Source: the human T2T-CHM13v2.0 reference genome, Homo sapiens
Reading direction: 5' to 3' (one strand)
Assembly: GCF_009914755.1 (NCBI RefSeq)
Contig: NC_060946.1
Length of the DNA: 64,000 bases
Part shown: one piece after another, positions 49,939-63,401 of the stretch
Layout of the letters: the number at the start of each line of letters is the position of its first letter
How positions within the stretch are numbered: position 1 is the stretch's first letter
Program-made: the position numbers and the translations under genes
Notes under the pieces: generated by a model
What the model saw: the letters and a program-made list of their open reading frames with translations, nothing else
Told to the model about the DNA's origin: nothing
Databases searched by the model: none

Positions 49939-50431
49939 TTGCAGGAAAAGTATAAAACTCCAAAATGTGCTCAGGCATCTTTAAGTTTGTGCCCACCGTA
50001 AAGAAACTGAAACTGCAATTTGAGGACAGCAACATTTGCAGTGGTTTATGCAAGATAATCCATGTTGGAACTCCAGTCAGCAGACCAGCTCTGCAAACAT
50101 AAGGCCCTGTATCAAACTGTTGGTGAGGGAATGTACATTTTATGGTTTAAATTAAGTTAAAATAAAATTAAAATTAAATATTTATATGCATCTTTTGATA
50201 TTTCATGCTTTAGCTGAGTTTTCTATTAAACAAGTAATTACCGCTCTGGTAATTGAATACTAGGGTTTCTCCTCTACAAATATAAAGGAGTTTTCCTCAA
50301 ATTGTTACTCACTATGTGATCTTGGGTGATTTATTTAAAGTTTCCCAGTGACAGCTATCTTGTCCATGAAATCAGACTGAGCTCCTAACTCATGATGTGT
50401 TTGTGAGGCTTGAAGAAGACAATGTGCCTTA

Positions 50432-50761
<330 letters not shown>

Positions 50762-53291
50762 TCAGCAGAGGCTGTGGGCAGATGTCAGTGGGGAGGGGAC
50801 TGAGAGTCAGAGGTCTGGAGGAGCTGGGGAAACCGGGCTCAGTTCTCACACTTTGCTGGGATTTGGATTTGAGAATTTGATGAAAGCTATGCACCCGAGA
50901 AGAACGCACATACAATACTGTAGGTGCAATTTCAAGTATTCATAGGCTCCTCAGAATCCATGAATCCCAATGCGTGAATCCTGTGTTGCCCAGGCTGGTC
51001 TGGAATCCATGAATCCTTTCCTGAGAGTTGGTCTGTACTAGAAAGCAAGGGTTTTCTGAGCACAGAATTTTCCATGAAACTAAATTAATAATAATCATAA
51101 TAACAATAATAGCAGGTGCAGCAGGTACCGGACACTGTTCTAAGGGCTTTAAGGCTAATACTCCTACAACCCTCACACCTATGAGGTAGATGGTGCTGGG
51201 TTTTCTCCCTTTGCTTCTCTGGGTCCTCTCCACCCTTCTCTGCCCTGTCCCCCAAAAGCTGACCTCTAGGAATGTCATCACCCAGGCCTCAGCTGTGTGC
51301 TGTGAGGGTGGGCTAGAGAGAGACTGGGATGTTTATCCCACCACCCCGTGCTCCCTCTCTGCTGGGAAGTGTTTGGGCAGAGGCTGCTTTTCTCCACAGC
51401 AGCAGCTCATGCCAACTCCCTTCCACTAAACCTGTGAGCATGCTGTCAGGATGATGAATGGATACATAAACTCTTTAATTCAGGCACTGAGAGGTTAAAC
51501 CCCCTGGCTCAAGAGCTAGAAAGCTGCAGATTTGGGATCCCACGCCCCCATGCTGCTGCTCCTGCACAATTGCATGTTTCCTGGGATGGAATTAATGGGA
51601 GAACAAATGAAACAACTGGAAATCCCACAGAACCAAAGAAATGTCTAGACCGAAAGCATGCACGCAGTGCACACCATCAGTGCAAGTCATCCTGGGGCAC
51701 ATTCTACTCCACTCCATTCCCCAGTTCCCCAGACTGCTCCTTCCCCTGGGTTCCCTCCTCTACCCATGACCACTGAGCTGGCTCTGCCTCCACCTTCTCT
51801 CTCCCAGTCCCCTGCATCTGGTCAAGAGTCAAGCCCTGCCAATTTTACCTCCATTCTTCTGTGGCTCCCACCCTGGTCCCCATTTCTCCATCTGTTTATC
51901 CTGAGAAGCATTATACCTTAGTGGTTACCATCTCAGCCTCGAGCACAGGATTCACAGCCTGGCCACTTATCATCTGGGTGACCTTGGGCAAGTCACTTAA
52001 CCTGCTGTGCTTCAATGGTTCTCATGTCTAAAATGGGGATAGTGCCCACTCCACATGGTTGTGAAGACTGACAGTGCCAGGCAGACAATAAGCATGTCAT
52101 ATACACCTGTTATATACATGTTAGCTATTGCTTTTGTGGTTCAACCACCCCGTGGCCCACATCAAGACGGTGCCTCCCATTGGGGGTCCGTATCTGCAGC
52201 TGGGCACCCCTGGCTCAGCCTCTGTTCTGCTCTGGAGGTTCCTGGTACACTACTCTGAGAAAGGTACTCCTGGTCCCTCAATCTGTATTGGATAAAGCCC
52301 AAACTCCATTTACGGCCTGGCATTCAAGGTCTTTCCCTGTCAGGCCTGTCCTTGCCTTTCTGCATCCATCTCCTGCTGTAGCTTCATCTACCTATGCTCA
52401 AACCAGATATGATAAACAATTGTTGAAAACGTTCCTATCAAAGGAATCTTACGCAGAATCCTAATGTATAGAGCAGCTAGAAGTGTAATTGCTCGGGTCA
52501 GGGCACCCCGTCAGCCTGTCCTGCCTGCACAGCACTCCCAGAGCCACATTCCAGGCCTACAGGCCCAGTGCAGTTTGCAAAAGTATTGCTTCATCCTCAT
52601 GTGTTGCTACCACCCTTCCAACTTCCTAACCTTTGCACAGGTAGCACCCTTTGCCGAGCACACGTTCTCTCAACCCCTTCTCCTCAAACCCAACCACATC
52701 CTTCAGGTGCAACTCCAATGCCACCCCTCTTCCGAAGCCTCCCCGATCCCTTGCAACTCATTCCTCTGTTTCCGCAGCCCCATGGCCTCTCATTCTTGGA
52801 GAATTAACCATGTCCTTCTTGGTAATGTGGAAATTTTTGTCCCTGCATTATGTCCCCCATAGTCAGGAGCCTCTGTAGGGCAGGATTCATATTTTGAATC
52901 ATTGCTGATTTTCCCATAGTATGTGACAGTGACCCCCAAGCATAATCCTGGCCCCACCTCTCACTTCTCTTTGCTTACATTGGTCCCTGGTCAGGACTTC
53001 TCCTGCCATGTTTTAGGCAGGATAATAGAAGTGGTCAAGAGACCTAGCTCTGTTTTGTGACCCCTGGGAAGTTGCTTGGCCTCTCTGGGCCTCCATTTTC
53101 CAGCTGTGAAATGAAGATAACAACAGAGAATCTTCCTTGAAGGATTATTTTGAGGATGAGTTGAAATAATGCATGCCTGGTTCATTGATAACCCAATACA
53201 TGTTAGGCATGATTGGAGGAGGGAAGCCACTGTGATGGAGTGATGATTCTCAGGTGAGCATTCGAGAAGCCTTGGGGTGAGGCTCAGGTAG

Positions 53292-53700
53292 ACGCTACCA
53301 ACTGCTCACACAAACAGTGTCCTGTCTTCCAGGGCATGCAGTGGGGCTACATTGCCCCAGCTCGCTTGCAGCTGGATGTGGCCATGTGACTGAGTTCTGC
53401 CAATGGTGAGTGAACAGAAGTGACGAGTGCCACCTGCAGGCTGGGCCAGGAGACTCTCCCTTGCATGGTCCTCCATGCTTTCTCCGCCCACCTGCCAAAT
53501 GCAGAAGATCCGGGGCCCTAGAGAATCCACATCAGAGCTCAAGATGTAAAGAGCCAGATCCCTGGCTGACCATGGGGAAGAATATCTGCTGATCAGGGAT
53601 GCTCAATTAAACTTTACTCAAGTGAGAAAAAGATTTTTATTGTGTTAAGCCACCAAAATTTGGGGATTTATCTGCTACGGCAGCAAAAATTACCTAAGGA
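53292..53700 (+). mobile_element. MLT1-type MaLR LTR
   Basis: GGCCATGTGACTGAGTTCTGCCAATG...TTGTGTTAAGCCACC...GGGGATTTAT. Confidence 0.7.
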
Positions 53701-53825
53701 ACTAGGGCCAGTTTTGTTCAATGTCCTGGAAGGCTCACTCCTTCTTAGGTTGCTGGGCACTGTCTATGGCTACTGCACTGCTGCCCCTTGGGGATCTGGG
53801 ATGTCGATCATTTGAAGAGACTCAC

Positions 53826-53959
53826 GTGAAGAAGCCAAATATTCCCAGCCGGTACTGGACGATCACAACCAGCATGTCCTCATAGGCAGCCAGGGAGGAC
53901 CCATCGAAGATGGAGGCTGAGCCAGTCTCGAAGGCACCGCCTGGGAACCACAACAAAAC
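53826..53959 (-). pseudogene. CES5AP1: CES5A-like exon: [44 protein letters not shown](T), oxyanion-hole exon
   Basis: Acceptor CAG at 53960-53962, donor GTGAGT at 53820-53825; 134 nt, ends in phase 2. Confidence 0.95.
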
Positions 53960-54452
53960 CTGAGGAGGAGACAGGAATGTCCCATCAGCCCACCAGGCAC
54001 CACCTCCCCTCCCCATGCAGTTTGGGGCACACGTTCTTCAGATGAAATATAAATGTCCCACTTGCTAAGCAGGGTGTGATGTTTCATCTTTTGAAGGCCC
54101 AGGGTGAAGCATGTAGGCTCTGGCACCCGAGTGCCTGGGTTTGATTCCCAGCTCTGCCACTGACTAGCTGTGTGACCTTGGGCAGTTTACTTAACCTAAG
54201 GCTCATTTTTCCCATCTGTAAATGTGAAGAAGGAAACTATCTCACTCACGAAGTTTTATGAGGTTTAAACAAAATTCTATATCTAAAGCTCATAGAACAG
54301 TGAGCATTAGCATATTTCAAGTTTCAAAGTGCTCAGAAATTGTTCACTAAATATCAGTGAACCTGTGACCCACAGGAAGATGGAAACCGTTGTAAGCCAT
54401 GTCTAAAAGCAAAAACAGCTCAAGGTGTTTCAGAGGAAAGCTCTCTACCTTC

Positions 54453-54603
54453 AGAGGGAGGGGAGGAGAGGGGAGAAAAGGGGAATGGAGGGGGTGAGGG
54501 GAGGAGAAGTGGAGAAAAAGAGGAGGAGGAGAAGAAAGAGGAGGAGGAAGGGAGAAGGGGAAGGAGGAGAAAGGATGAAAGATGAAGAAGGAAGAGAAAG
54601 AAG
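54453..54603 (+). repeat. Polypurine GA-rich low-complexity tract
   Basis: About 150 bp almost entirely A/G. Confidence 0.9.
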
Positions 54604-54930
<327 letters not shown>

Positions 54931-55204
54931 TTAGAAAAACTGGGACCAGGGAACATAAAACGTTATTCGGATGGCATTATCTCTATTTATATATTTAATA
55001 AGAAATCCGTTCCATTCTCTTTCTTAAGGTCATGTTAGAGATTACAGCCTTTGGGGCAGGTAAAGAGAGGAAAGCCACTGAGGAAAGGGGAAGAGGACAA
55101 AGCACTGGCTTTGGTGCCAGAATCTAGCACCTACTGCATGTACAACATGGAGGAAGTCATTTATGCCATTCCTGTGCCTCATCTTCTCCATCTGTGGAAT
55201 GGGT

Positions 55205-55486
55205 CCAAATGCATGATTATGTTTTATAAATGTCTGTATTTAGCCAGTTCTTGTTTTTCTTTCAATGCAGCTACAAGGCCACAAGTTATGCTATGCTATA
55301 GATTATGTGACCTATCACGTGAGTAACTGCTTTTATTTATTTTAAGTCCGCTCATAAAAACCCCCGCTCTCTCTTTGTTTAATGCTCAACTTCTTGGATA
55401 TGAATCCACTGAGCCGGCACATACCTAAAATAAACAATCCTCCTGTTTCTTATACTGGTCTCTCCGTTCCTCAGTTTACCGCAACA
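55205..55486 (+). mobile_element. 3' part of an ERV1-class LTR (5'-truncated; LTR15-like by recollection, uncertain)
   Basis: TATA-like CATAAAAA near 55355, AATAAA near 55430, ends ...TTACCGCAACA; begins abruptly after a truncated MIR-like segment. Confidence 0.7.
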
Positions 55487-57831
55487 GTCCTGCTCAATGA
55501 GTGAGGGAGCCACATGGTGGTGTCAGTTGGAAGGCAGGCCAGACAGGGCAAGGAACCAGGATCAGAGAAACCGGCTTATATGTGGGGAGGAGATCCCCAG
55601 GTCCTGCTCCTACTTGGGCTCCTGGCAGCTCCCAGCCACTGTCCAGAGCTGCAGAGTCAGTAGCCTGAGGGTGGAGGGAGCAGGCCTGCTCTGCCTGGGA
55701 CCACCCTCTTCATCCCTCTGCAGCTGAAGGCTTCACACCAATAAACACATGAGGCGGCAAGGATTACGGTAGTGCCAAGCAGCCACTCACACTTTAGTGA
55801 GAATTGCTGGATGAAGTAGCCCTGGGCTAGATCCCAGGAACATGGCAGGTCAAGTTGGATGGTGGAGGGGGTTCACCCAAGGCCTGGAGGGTCTGGGGCA
55901 ATAGCAGAACCAGAGACTGGCTCATGGGGCAGATAATACCCCCACCCACTAGCCCAGATATCCAGAACACCTGCAGGCACAGGGCAGACTCTTGAGCCAA
56001 CCCCATGGCCATCCACAATCCCAGTGAGGCAGGAAGAGACACAGACTCTGCCCACCTGGCCCAGTACTAAGAAACACCCCTGCCTTTGCATGTGCGTGCA
56101 GGGTCCTCACCCCGTGTGTGTTGTGGGGGGGTCCTCACACTCCAAGTATGGGTAACAACCCCTAATACGTGGCACCAGGACACAGTGGGCCCGGGGGGGC
56201 CAGTCTCGGCCCAGTCGATGTGGCCACCCCCAGCACCAAGGTGCCCTCACTGTGCAGGGCATCAGCAACTTTGATGAGTTTTCATTTAACATTCTCTTTA
56301 TCACAATTACTTTGAAAACTATTCAGTGCAGTTATTAATAATTATTATCTGCTGTTATATTAATTATCTGGCCATCGGGAATGTCACCAAGATTTAAAAT
56401 TTTTGTTAATAATATTTCCTGGACATGGGAGAGGTTTCCTGCATCTCCACACATGCCCTCCCTGCTCTGGGTGAGGCTGGCTAGGGCCCCCCTGTTGTGG
56501 GGAGCGCCCACTCTCGCTGGCACCGCCTGCAGGCTGCCCCCATCAGTTCATCCTGGGCCCTGAGCAGAGCTCTGGGCAGGCCTGGGTGACTGAACCCTCC
56601 CTCCAGCTGCTCCCACCGGGCCCTGGTGTGCCCATGCTCGTGAGCCCTGTGGCCTATGCAGGTCCTCAATGGCCCCCAGGATGGGGCCGCCCTGGCACCG
56701 AGGCCTGCTGGGATTGCAGTGGGAGGCTGCGAAGCGCCTGCCACGTGAGAGGTGGCACCAGTGGCCTGCTGTGCTAGGTCAGCCCCAGCTGCAGATTCCA
56801 GGCTGCTGCACTCCCACAGGGCCCCTGCCTAGCCCCGCAGCGGTCTCCAGTGTCCTCATCAGCCCTGTGACCAGCAGCCTCAGGGAGCCACAGGAGACAG
56901 GAGACCCTCCACTGGGTGCACACAGACAGGCCCGGAGAGGACAGGATGGGCCACATGGACGGCTGGCTGGGGCTGCGGAGCCCAGGGGTGGTGCCGCAGG
57001 CACTGGGAGGTGGCATTATGTGACCACGGCAGCCTAAGACCACCACTGTGGGCCCAAGCTCGCAGCTCGCTTCCCACTATTCTCAGTGAGAGGACACAGG
57101 CTACCCCTTGAGGCCAGCCCACAGCTCTCTTACCAGGCAGCACCTTACCGCCCCTCACTGTGTCCTGTCGCTCTGCTCTTGTGGCCTGCTGTGCAGCAGG
57201 CACCATGTCACCCGTTCATAGATGAGCAAGCCAAGGCTCGGGGCAGGAGACCGGTGCAGCAGGCTCTCACCACCTCATGGGAGCAGGCTCTGCACACGGC
57301 ATGCTCTCAGGCCCCTTTGGCTGAGTGCCCAGCCCCAACCCCAAGCTACCCCGCTGGCTATCCAAGCACTGGGTGGAGTCTGGAGGAGAGAATGGTTAGG
57401 TGCCTCCTCTGGGTGGCCCCTCACTTTAGGGAGGCTCAGGGGCTGTGCTCCAGCCTAGGTGGACATGGTTGTGGCTGCCCCTGTCCCTCCTCCTGCCCCT
57501 GCCCCTCCTCCCACCCTTGCCTGCTTCCTCTGCTCCAGCTCAGTCAAGAAGCGTGGGGTGCTGCTGAGACAGAAGGGGGCCGGGGAGAATGCCCACGGCA
57601 TGAAGTCCTCCAGACCTGCCCTAGCCTCCCCCTCCCCACTCTACAATGCGCACCCCATAAAGACCTTTGTCAGGCAACCCCTCCAATGCAATCAGACCAG
57701 CGTGGAGCCTCCTGTGCCTGAGGAACTAGTCCCAAGCAATGGCAGCCCTCAAACCCACTGTGGGCTTGTCAGCATGGTACTATGACAGTGCTGATGACAG
57801 TAATGAGGATGGGCTCAGTCACAGCGACCAT

Positions 57832-58318
57832 AGTGATGGAGGTGTGGTGATGGTGATGGAGGTAGTGATGGTGATAGTGATGGTGATGGTGGTGGCGATG
57901 GGGGTAGTGATGGAGGTGGTGTTACTGGCGGTGGTGGTGTGGAAGCGGTGATGGTGGTGATGGTGGAGGTGATGGAGGCTGTGGTGGCGATGATGGTAGT
58001 CATGGTGATGGTGGTGGTGGTGATGCTGGTGATCATGGTGATGGTGGTGGTGGTGGTGATGGTGGTGGTCAAAATAGAGGTTATGTGGTGGTACTGATGG
58101 TGATGGTGATGGTGGGGATGGTGAGGGTAATGGTGGTGGTGATGGAAGTTGTGGTTACAGTGATGGTGTTGATTGTGGTGGAGGTGATGGTGCTGGTAGT
58201 GATGGTGGTGGTGGTGGTGGTGGTGGTGATGATGCCGGTGCTGGTGGTGATGGGGTGCTGGTGGAGCTGGCCATGATGGTGGTTATGGCCATGCTCATGG
58301 TGACAGTGGTGATGATGT
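57832..58318. repeat. Degenerate (GTG/ATG)n trinucleotide repeat
   Basis: About 490 bp of GGT/GAT triplets. Confidence 0.95.
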
Positions 58319-61300
58319 AAATGGATTCTCCTCCTGGAGTTTCCTGGAGAAACAACTTCTCTGCTTCCCCAGGGCTGCCTGGTCCCTCCCTGCCTGGGGG
58401 TGGCCCCCAGAGGCAGGAAGAGCAGAGCGTGGACTGAGCCTGACAGGGCAGTCAGTATCTTGAACTCACATAGAACATTTAATCTTAGTTAAAAGTAAAT
58501 AAGTTCATTTACTGGGAGGGGAAGAAGGGCCCAATATTTACTGCAAGCATGTGGAGTGATTACTCCAGGAGGTTCCCTTGGGATGCCAGGCTCCATCCCC
58601 ACTCCTGTCAGGTTCACCTGTGGCAGGTGGGAGGGAACGGCATGGGCCCACCCTGCCCTCGGGCCCCCAGAGGGGCATCTCTCTTCTACCCCCCACGGCA
58701 GGGGCTGCAGGGTTGGCAATGCCCCCTTCCCTCCCTCAGCCCCCAACTCTTGGCAGGGCCCTGGCCCACGGACCCCTGGATTCTTGCATGTGGGCACACC
58801 TCAGCCCCTGGCAGGACACCCCCAGGCCCTCACTGGCTCTGTTGCTCACCTGCTGTGTGACCTCAGGAACCCTGCCCCTTTTTGAGCCCCTGTACTCACC
58901 TAGGAAATGGGTGATAAAGGCACGTGCCCCCGGCGGGGGATGGAGGTTGGTGCTGGTGGTCAGTGTTCCCATGACAATGACCTATTGGCTGTGCAGAAGG
59001 TGAGCCTCATCTTCCAAACTCAAGGAGTCCTTCATGAGCACAGCCCTCAGCCACCGAGATCCCCCAAACTCCCATAGTTCCCGAATCTCCACGGCCAAGT
59101 GCTGAGACAAGAGCCCTGGGGCTCAAGGCCCCTCAGGCAGGGTGCGGTGAGGGCCCGTCGGAGGAAGGGCTTCCTCCTGCCCATCCTGGCTGGGCGCTGT
59201 GCGGGACTGCAGGAGCCTGAGTTGGGGTAAAAGGAATTTCAGGGGAGACAGTCAGATCCAAGGTCAACTGCCCAGCTCAGCCCAGGACTCCAGCCTCTTG
59301 CAACAAGATGGGCCAGGCCCCTCGCTGGAGTCTGCTCAGCAAGGGGCCTGTGGGTCCCTGGGCAAGCACTAGCCGGGTCCTACCCTCAGCCTGGGGCCTC
59401 CTTCCAGCCTCCTCCCTGGCGCAGCCCAGCTAGAGTTTGTTCATTTCCTGGGGGCTCCCGCCTCCCCCTCCCCTGGCCCTGCACTGCGTGAGGGCGCATC
59501 TCCTAGAACCAGCCCCCCAGAGTCTGCTGAGATTAGGAGACCTGGAGGTTACCCCAGGGACACCCTGCCCCTGTGCCCCAGACAGGTGTCCCCCCCACTA
59601 TGGGTGATGAATGTCGAGGAGCTGCCATTATAATTAGTGTGGAATGTGCCGCCTCTCCCAGGGAGGAAAATCCCATCTTGGAAATACACCTCAGATGCAA
59701 GTTGAATTTCACCCACGGGGCCATAAAACCATTTTTTCAATCACCTGGTGCTGTTGGGGGCTGGCACCATTAATCCTGGAGATGTTATTTAGAGCCAAGA
59801 CATCACTTGGGGAAAAAAATCAGGTCCGCACTCCATGAGGAACCCCTCTCTATGCCCTGCAGAGGCCTCAGGAGATGGACGAGACTGCTCGGGCACCAGG
59901 CAGGGAGGGGCAGGGACGCAGCTACCCTCACAGCCACCCTCACGGCCCAGGAGCCATGCCTCACTTCATCAGCTCCTGCCAGACCCTCCCTACCAGAGAT
60001 GGCCCCATCGGCATAAGGGAAGACTGAGGCCAGAGAGGAATGGAGGAATTGGAGGGCTGGAACAGCTGGTGGGCTGGACGGCTCAGCTCCACTTGCCCTG
60101 CCTGCCCCCAGCAGACACTGCCCTCCTCTTCATTCCCAAAGCCCCCACCCGGCCCAGATCCTCTCCTGAGATCAGTATCATCCAACAGCCTTTTATAAAA
60201 AATTGTTTCCTTGATTACCGAGGGTAACAATGAAAACACGTAATTGAATCTCCAAGAAATTACCATTTTTATAACTTGCGCCCAGTTCCCGAGATAAATT
60301 AAACGCCTCCCCTGTATGGTGAGCCGCTCACTGCGCATCAGAGAGGGGCTGATACTGCCCTTTATCATCGATGCGGGACTTACTAAGAAGAATGCCTCAC
60401 ACTGCCTCCCGGGAGGCTCCTGGCACCTCCAGCTCATGGCCCTGAGCGGGCAGAGTTGGCCAGCTGGAGGCGCCGGGTGGGTGGTCAGGTGGGCCCCCTC
60501 CTGATCACTCCTGGCCCTGTTACTGGCTAGCTGCGTGGTGGTGTGGGTGGTAAGTGGGAGGGCCAGTCAGAATCTTAGCCCAGACTCCCAAGAAAATCAG
60601 GCCTGTGCGCAGCCGGGCAGCGACAGCTTTCTGAGCAGTGCAACCCTGGAGCCAGAGTGGGGAAAAGGCAGGGAAGCCGGGTAGGAGGAAGGAAGTGGAG
60701 ATGGCAGAGAGGGAGGATTTACCCACCTGCCCCCCACTTGCTGGCCAAAGCTGACCCCACCCAATTGCGCCAGTGCCCAGAGGACCCAAGATATCACAAG
60801 GTCAGGCAGCAGAGCGGCTCTGGGGGAGGCGAGGCCCCGCTGAGGCAAGGCACCGCCTGGCACAGGGTCCGGGAGCAGGTGGGGGCAGCAGGGTGGCCAC
60901 ACCCACCCAAGGAGCTGCTGGGTTGGTCAGCAGAGGGGCGGGGAGGTGGGGCCAGCTACCGGGATGGGCTGTCCATCTGTGAGCAGCTGGTAGTGGGTTT
61001 CCTGCTGGCAGTTGCTAGCGGCTGGATTCTCATGGCTCTCTGGCTGGCTGGAGGCCGTTTGGGTTGTGGGGAAGCAGAAGCCTCCAGCCTGTGGACTGAG
61101 TTTCCTGAAAATGTCTGCAGGCTGCACTCAGCAGAGCCAACTTCAAGCAAAGGACCCGAGTGACACTATTCACGTGCAAACCACCGCCCCTCCCAGCGTG
61201 GCTGTTTGCCTGAGGGCCCAGAGCCACCCCCTGGGGAACACTGCCTAGTCAGAAACCTGGCAGTGGTGGCTGCACAGCGAGGAGGGGTGCTGTCAGGGGA

Positions 61301-63365
61301 CAGAGGACCTGCTCCCTGGGAACGGGAGAACTGAGGCCCAAAGAGTGGCCTCCCACTTGATCTAGGCAAACTCAGGGTCAAGGGCAACAGGCTGAGGTCA
61401 CCAGGAGCTCAAAGGCTGGCTCTGAAGGTGAGACCTTCTTCTGAGGAAGCAAGTGGCCTCAAGCAGCACCCTCTGGCAGCCGGCCCAGAGGACTGGAGTG
61501 GGGTGGGCCGGGAGGAACATCGTTCGGGACGGGGTGGGTGCCTACACCCACAACTGTGCTCCTGCCTTCTCTCCCTCCCTGGCCTGGTTCCCGACTTCCC
61601 AGGGTCCCCTCCTGCCCCCACGAGGCCCTGCCGCCCAAGGGCCTGCCTGGATGCTCCAGTGGGGCTTGAAACCCCCACAGTCAGGCAGCAGACCGTGACT
61701 TCTCAGCTGTGTGTCCTGGACAGAAGCAAAGGAGGCCCCAGAACCTCTCATCGCAACTCCAACCAACATGGGAATCCAGGGCTGCAGGGGGCAGCCTGCC
61801 TGGGGACAGGGCTGGGCTCAGACCCCAAAGCCCAGGGTCTGCAGCCATCCCAGTCCCATTCCACAGAGCCTGAGGCACCAACCTCAACCTACTCCCAGCC
61901 CCACTCCCACCCCATGCCCCAGATCCCCCATCCCACCAGAATACACCCAGCCCACAGCCTGGCTCCAAGGAACAGGCTTGTCGGGCCTGAGGGCCTCCAA
62001 AAGGGCTCTGTCTCCAGGCCCGGAGGAGAGCAGAGGCCCCAGCCCAGGTCAGAAAGGGGCAGAGTGGACGCAGGGCCCCAGAAGGCCAGCGCTGAGATCC
62101 CTCCCCTGCCCTGTCCCCAGTAAACCTCTGGTGTGTCCCCTTGAGGCCCCCATGAGAAGAATGAGGCAAGCAGGGTGGAAATGGTGTGGTCACTCCAGAG
62201 CAGTGGCCGTATCCAGCCTCCCGGCCAGCCCTCCTCCCCAGACCAAGGCCCAGGTGGCATCTCCCAGGGCAGAGCCAGGACCAGCCTCCCACCCTCCCCT
62301 GCTGTGGGGGCCGAGGCAGCAGTTGGAGGTGGGGGCTCCACCTCCCCAGCCTCCGTCATTCCCTCTCAGATGACTCTTCATGTGGTTTGGTTTGCCTCTT
62401 GGAGTCCCTGCAGGGTGCCCCTGCTGACCCTAAGCTGGCCTCCTGCTCGCTGGGAACCCGGCCATCCCTCTGGTTCCTGGTTCTTCCTCCAAATGAGGTC
62501 TCTCTTAGCTGAGAGCAGCGCCTACACCCGGGCCACCCTCCATCCACGGCCTCACTGACCCAGGCCACAGCGGCTGCCACACCCTGGTCAGGGGCAGTCA
62601 TGACCTTGGACAGGAGCTGGGACCCCTCCCCCAGCCCCAGCTGCCCACTGACAAGTGGGACAACCTGGGGCCAGGCCGGGGCTGCCCGAAGGCTACTATG
62701 CTTGGGAAGACCCCAAGACAGGAGCCCTGCCCCTTGGGAGGGGTGGCAAACTGCCCCGGGACAGTGCCGGGGTGTCTGGGATGATTCGTCTCCATGTGAA
62801 ATGTGGGACAGACACCCTAGACTCAGCAAGGGAACTTCTGGCTACCTGGTCAGCCCCTGCCCTAGGCCTCCATGAGAACTTCGGATCCAAGTGGGGAGGT
62901 GGCTCCCCCAGCACTGCCCCTGACCTCCCAGAGCTTCCCCTGCTGGATGCTCCAGCTGCAGCTCCCAAACCACTTGGCCTGCTCTGGGCACTGCGTCTGC
63001 AGGGGCGTAGTGCCATCTGGTGGTGAAACTGGGAACTGCACCACAGCTCCAGCCCGTACCTGCCGCACACAAGTCCCGGAGACCAAGGGGTGGCCATGGA
63101 GGGATTCCAGGGGGCCTGCCGCTCCTCACCTGCTCCCCACCCACCCCCCATCTCTCTCTCAACCCAGGAGCCTGATACTGGGACACACAGACAGGCCCTG
63201 GGAGCTCACAGCCCAGCACCGTGTTTCCTGCTCCAATAGGCAGCCTAGTCCCAGCAGGTGCTGGGCAGGCACAGGGCAGCTAAGGGGACGGGTAAGGAGT
63301 CCTGGCTCTTGGCCCCAGCAAGGACCTGGGAGATGACCTTGGCACCGACCATCAGGCACTCGCCA

Positions 63366-63401
63366 CACTGTCTCCCCAGGCTCCACTGTCTCCCCAGGCT
63401 C
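63366..63401. repeat. 18-bp perfect tandem duplication
   Basis: CACTGTCTCCCCAGGCTC twice. Confidence 0.9.

Noticed and set aside
57739-58355. Poly-Val/Met and poly-Thr/Pro ORFs
   Set aside because: They are translations of the GTG/ATG microsatellite.
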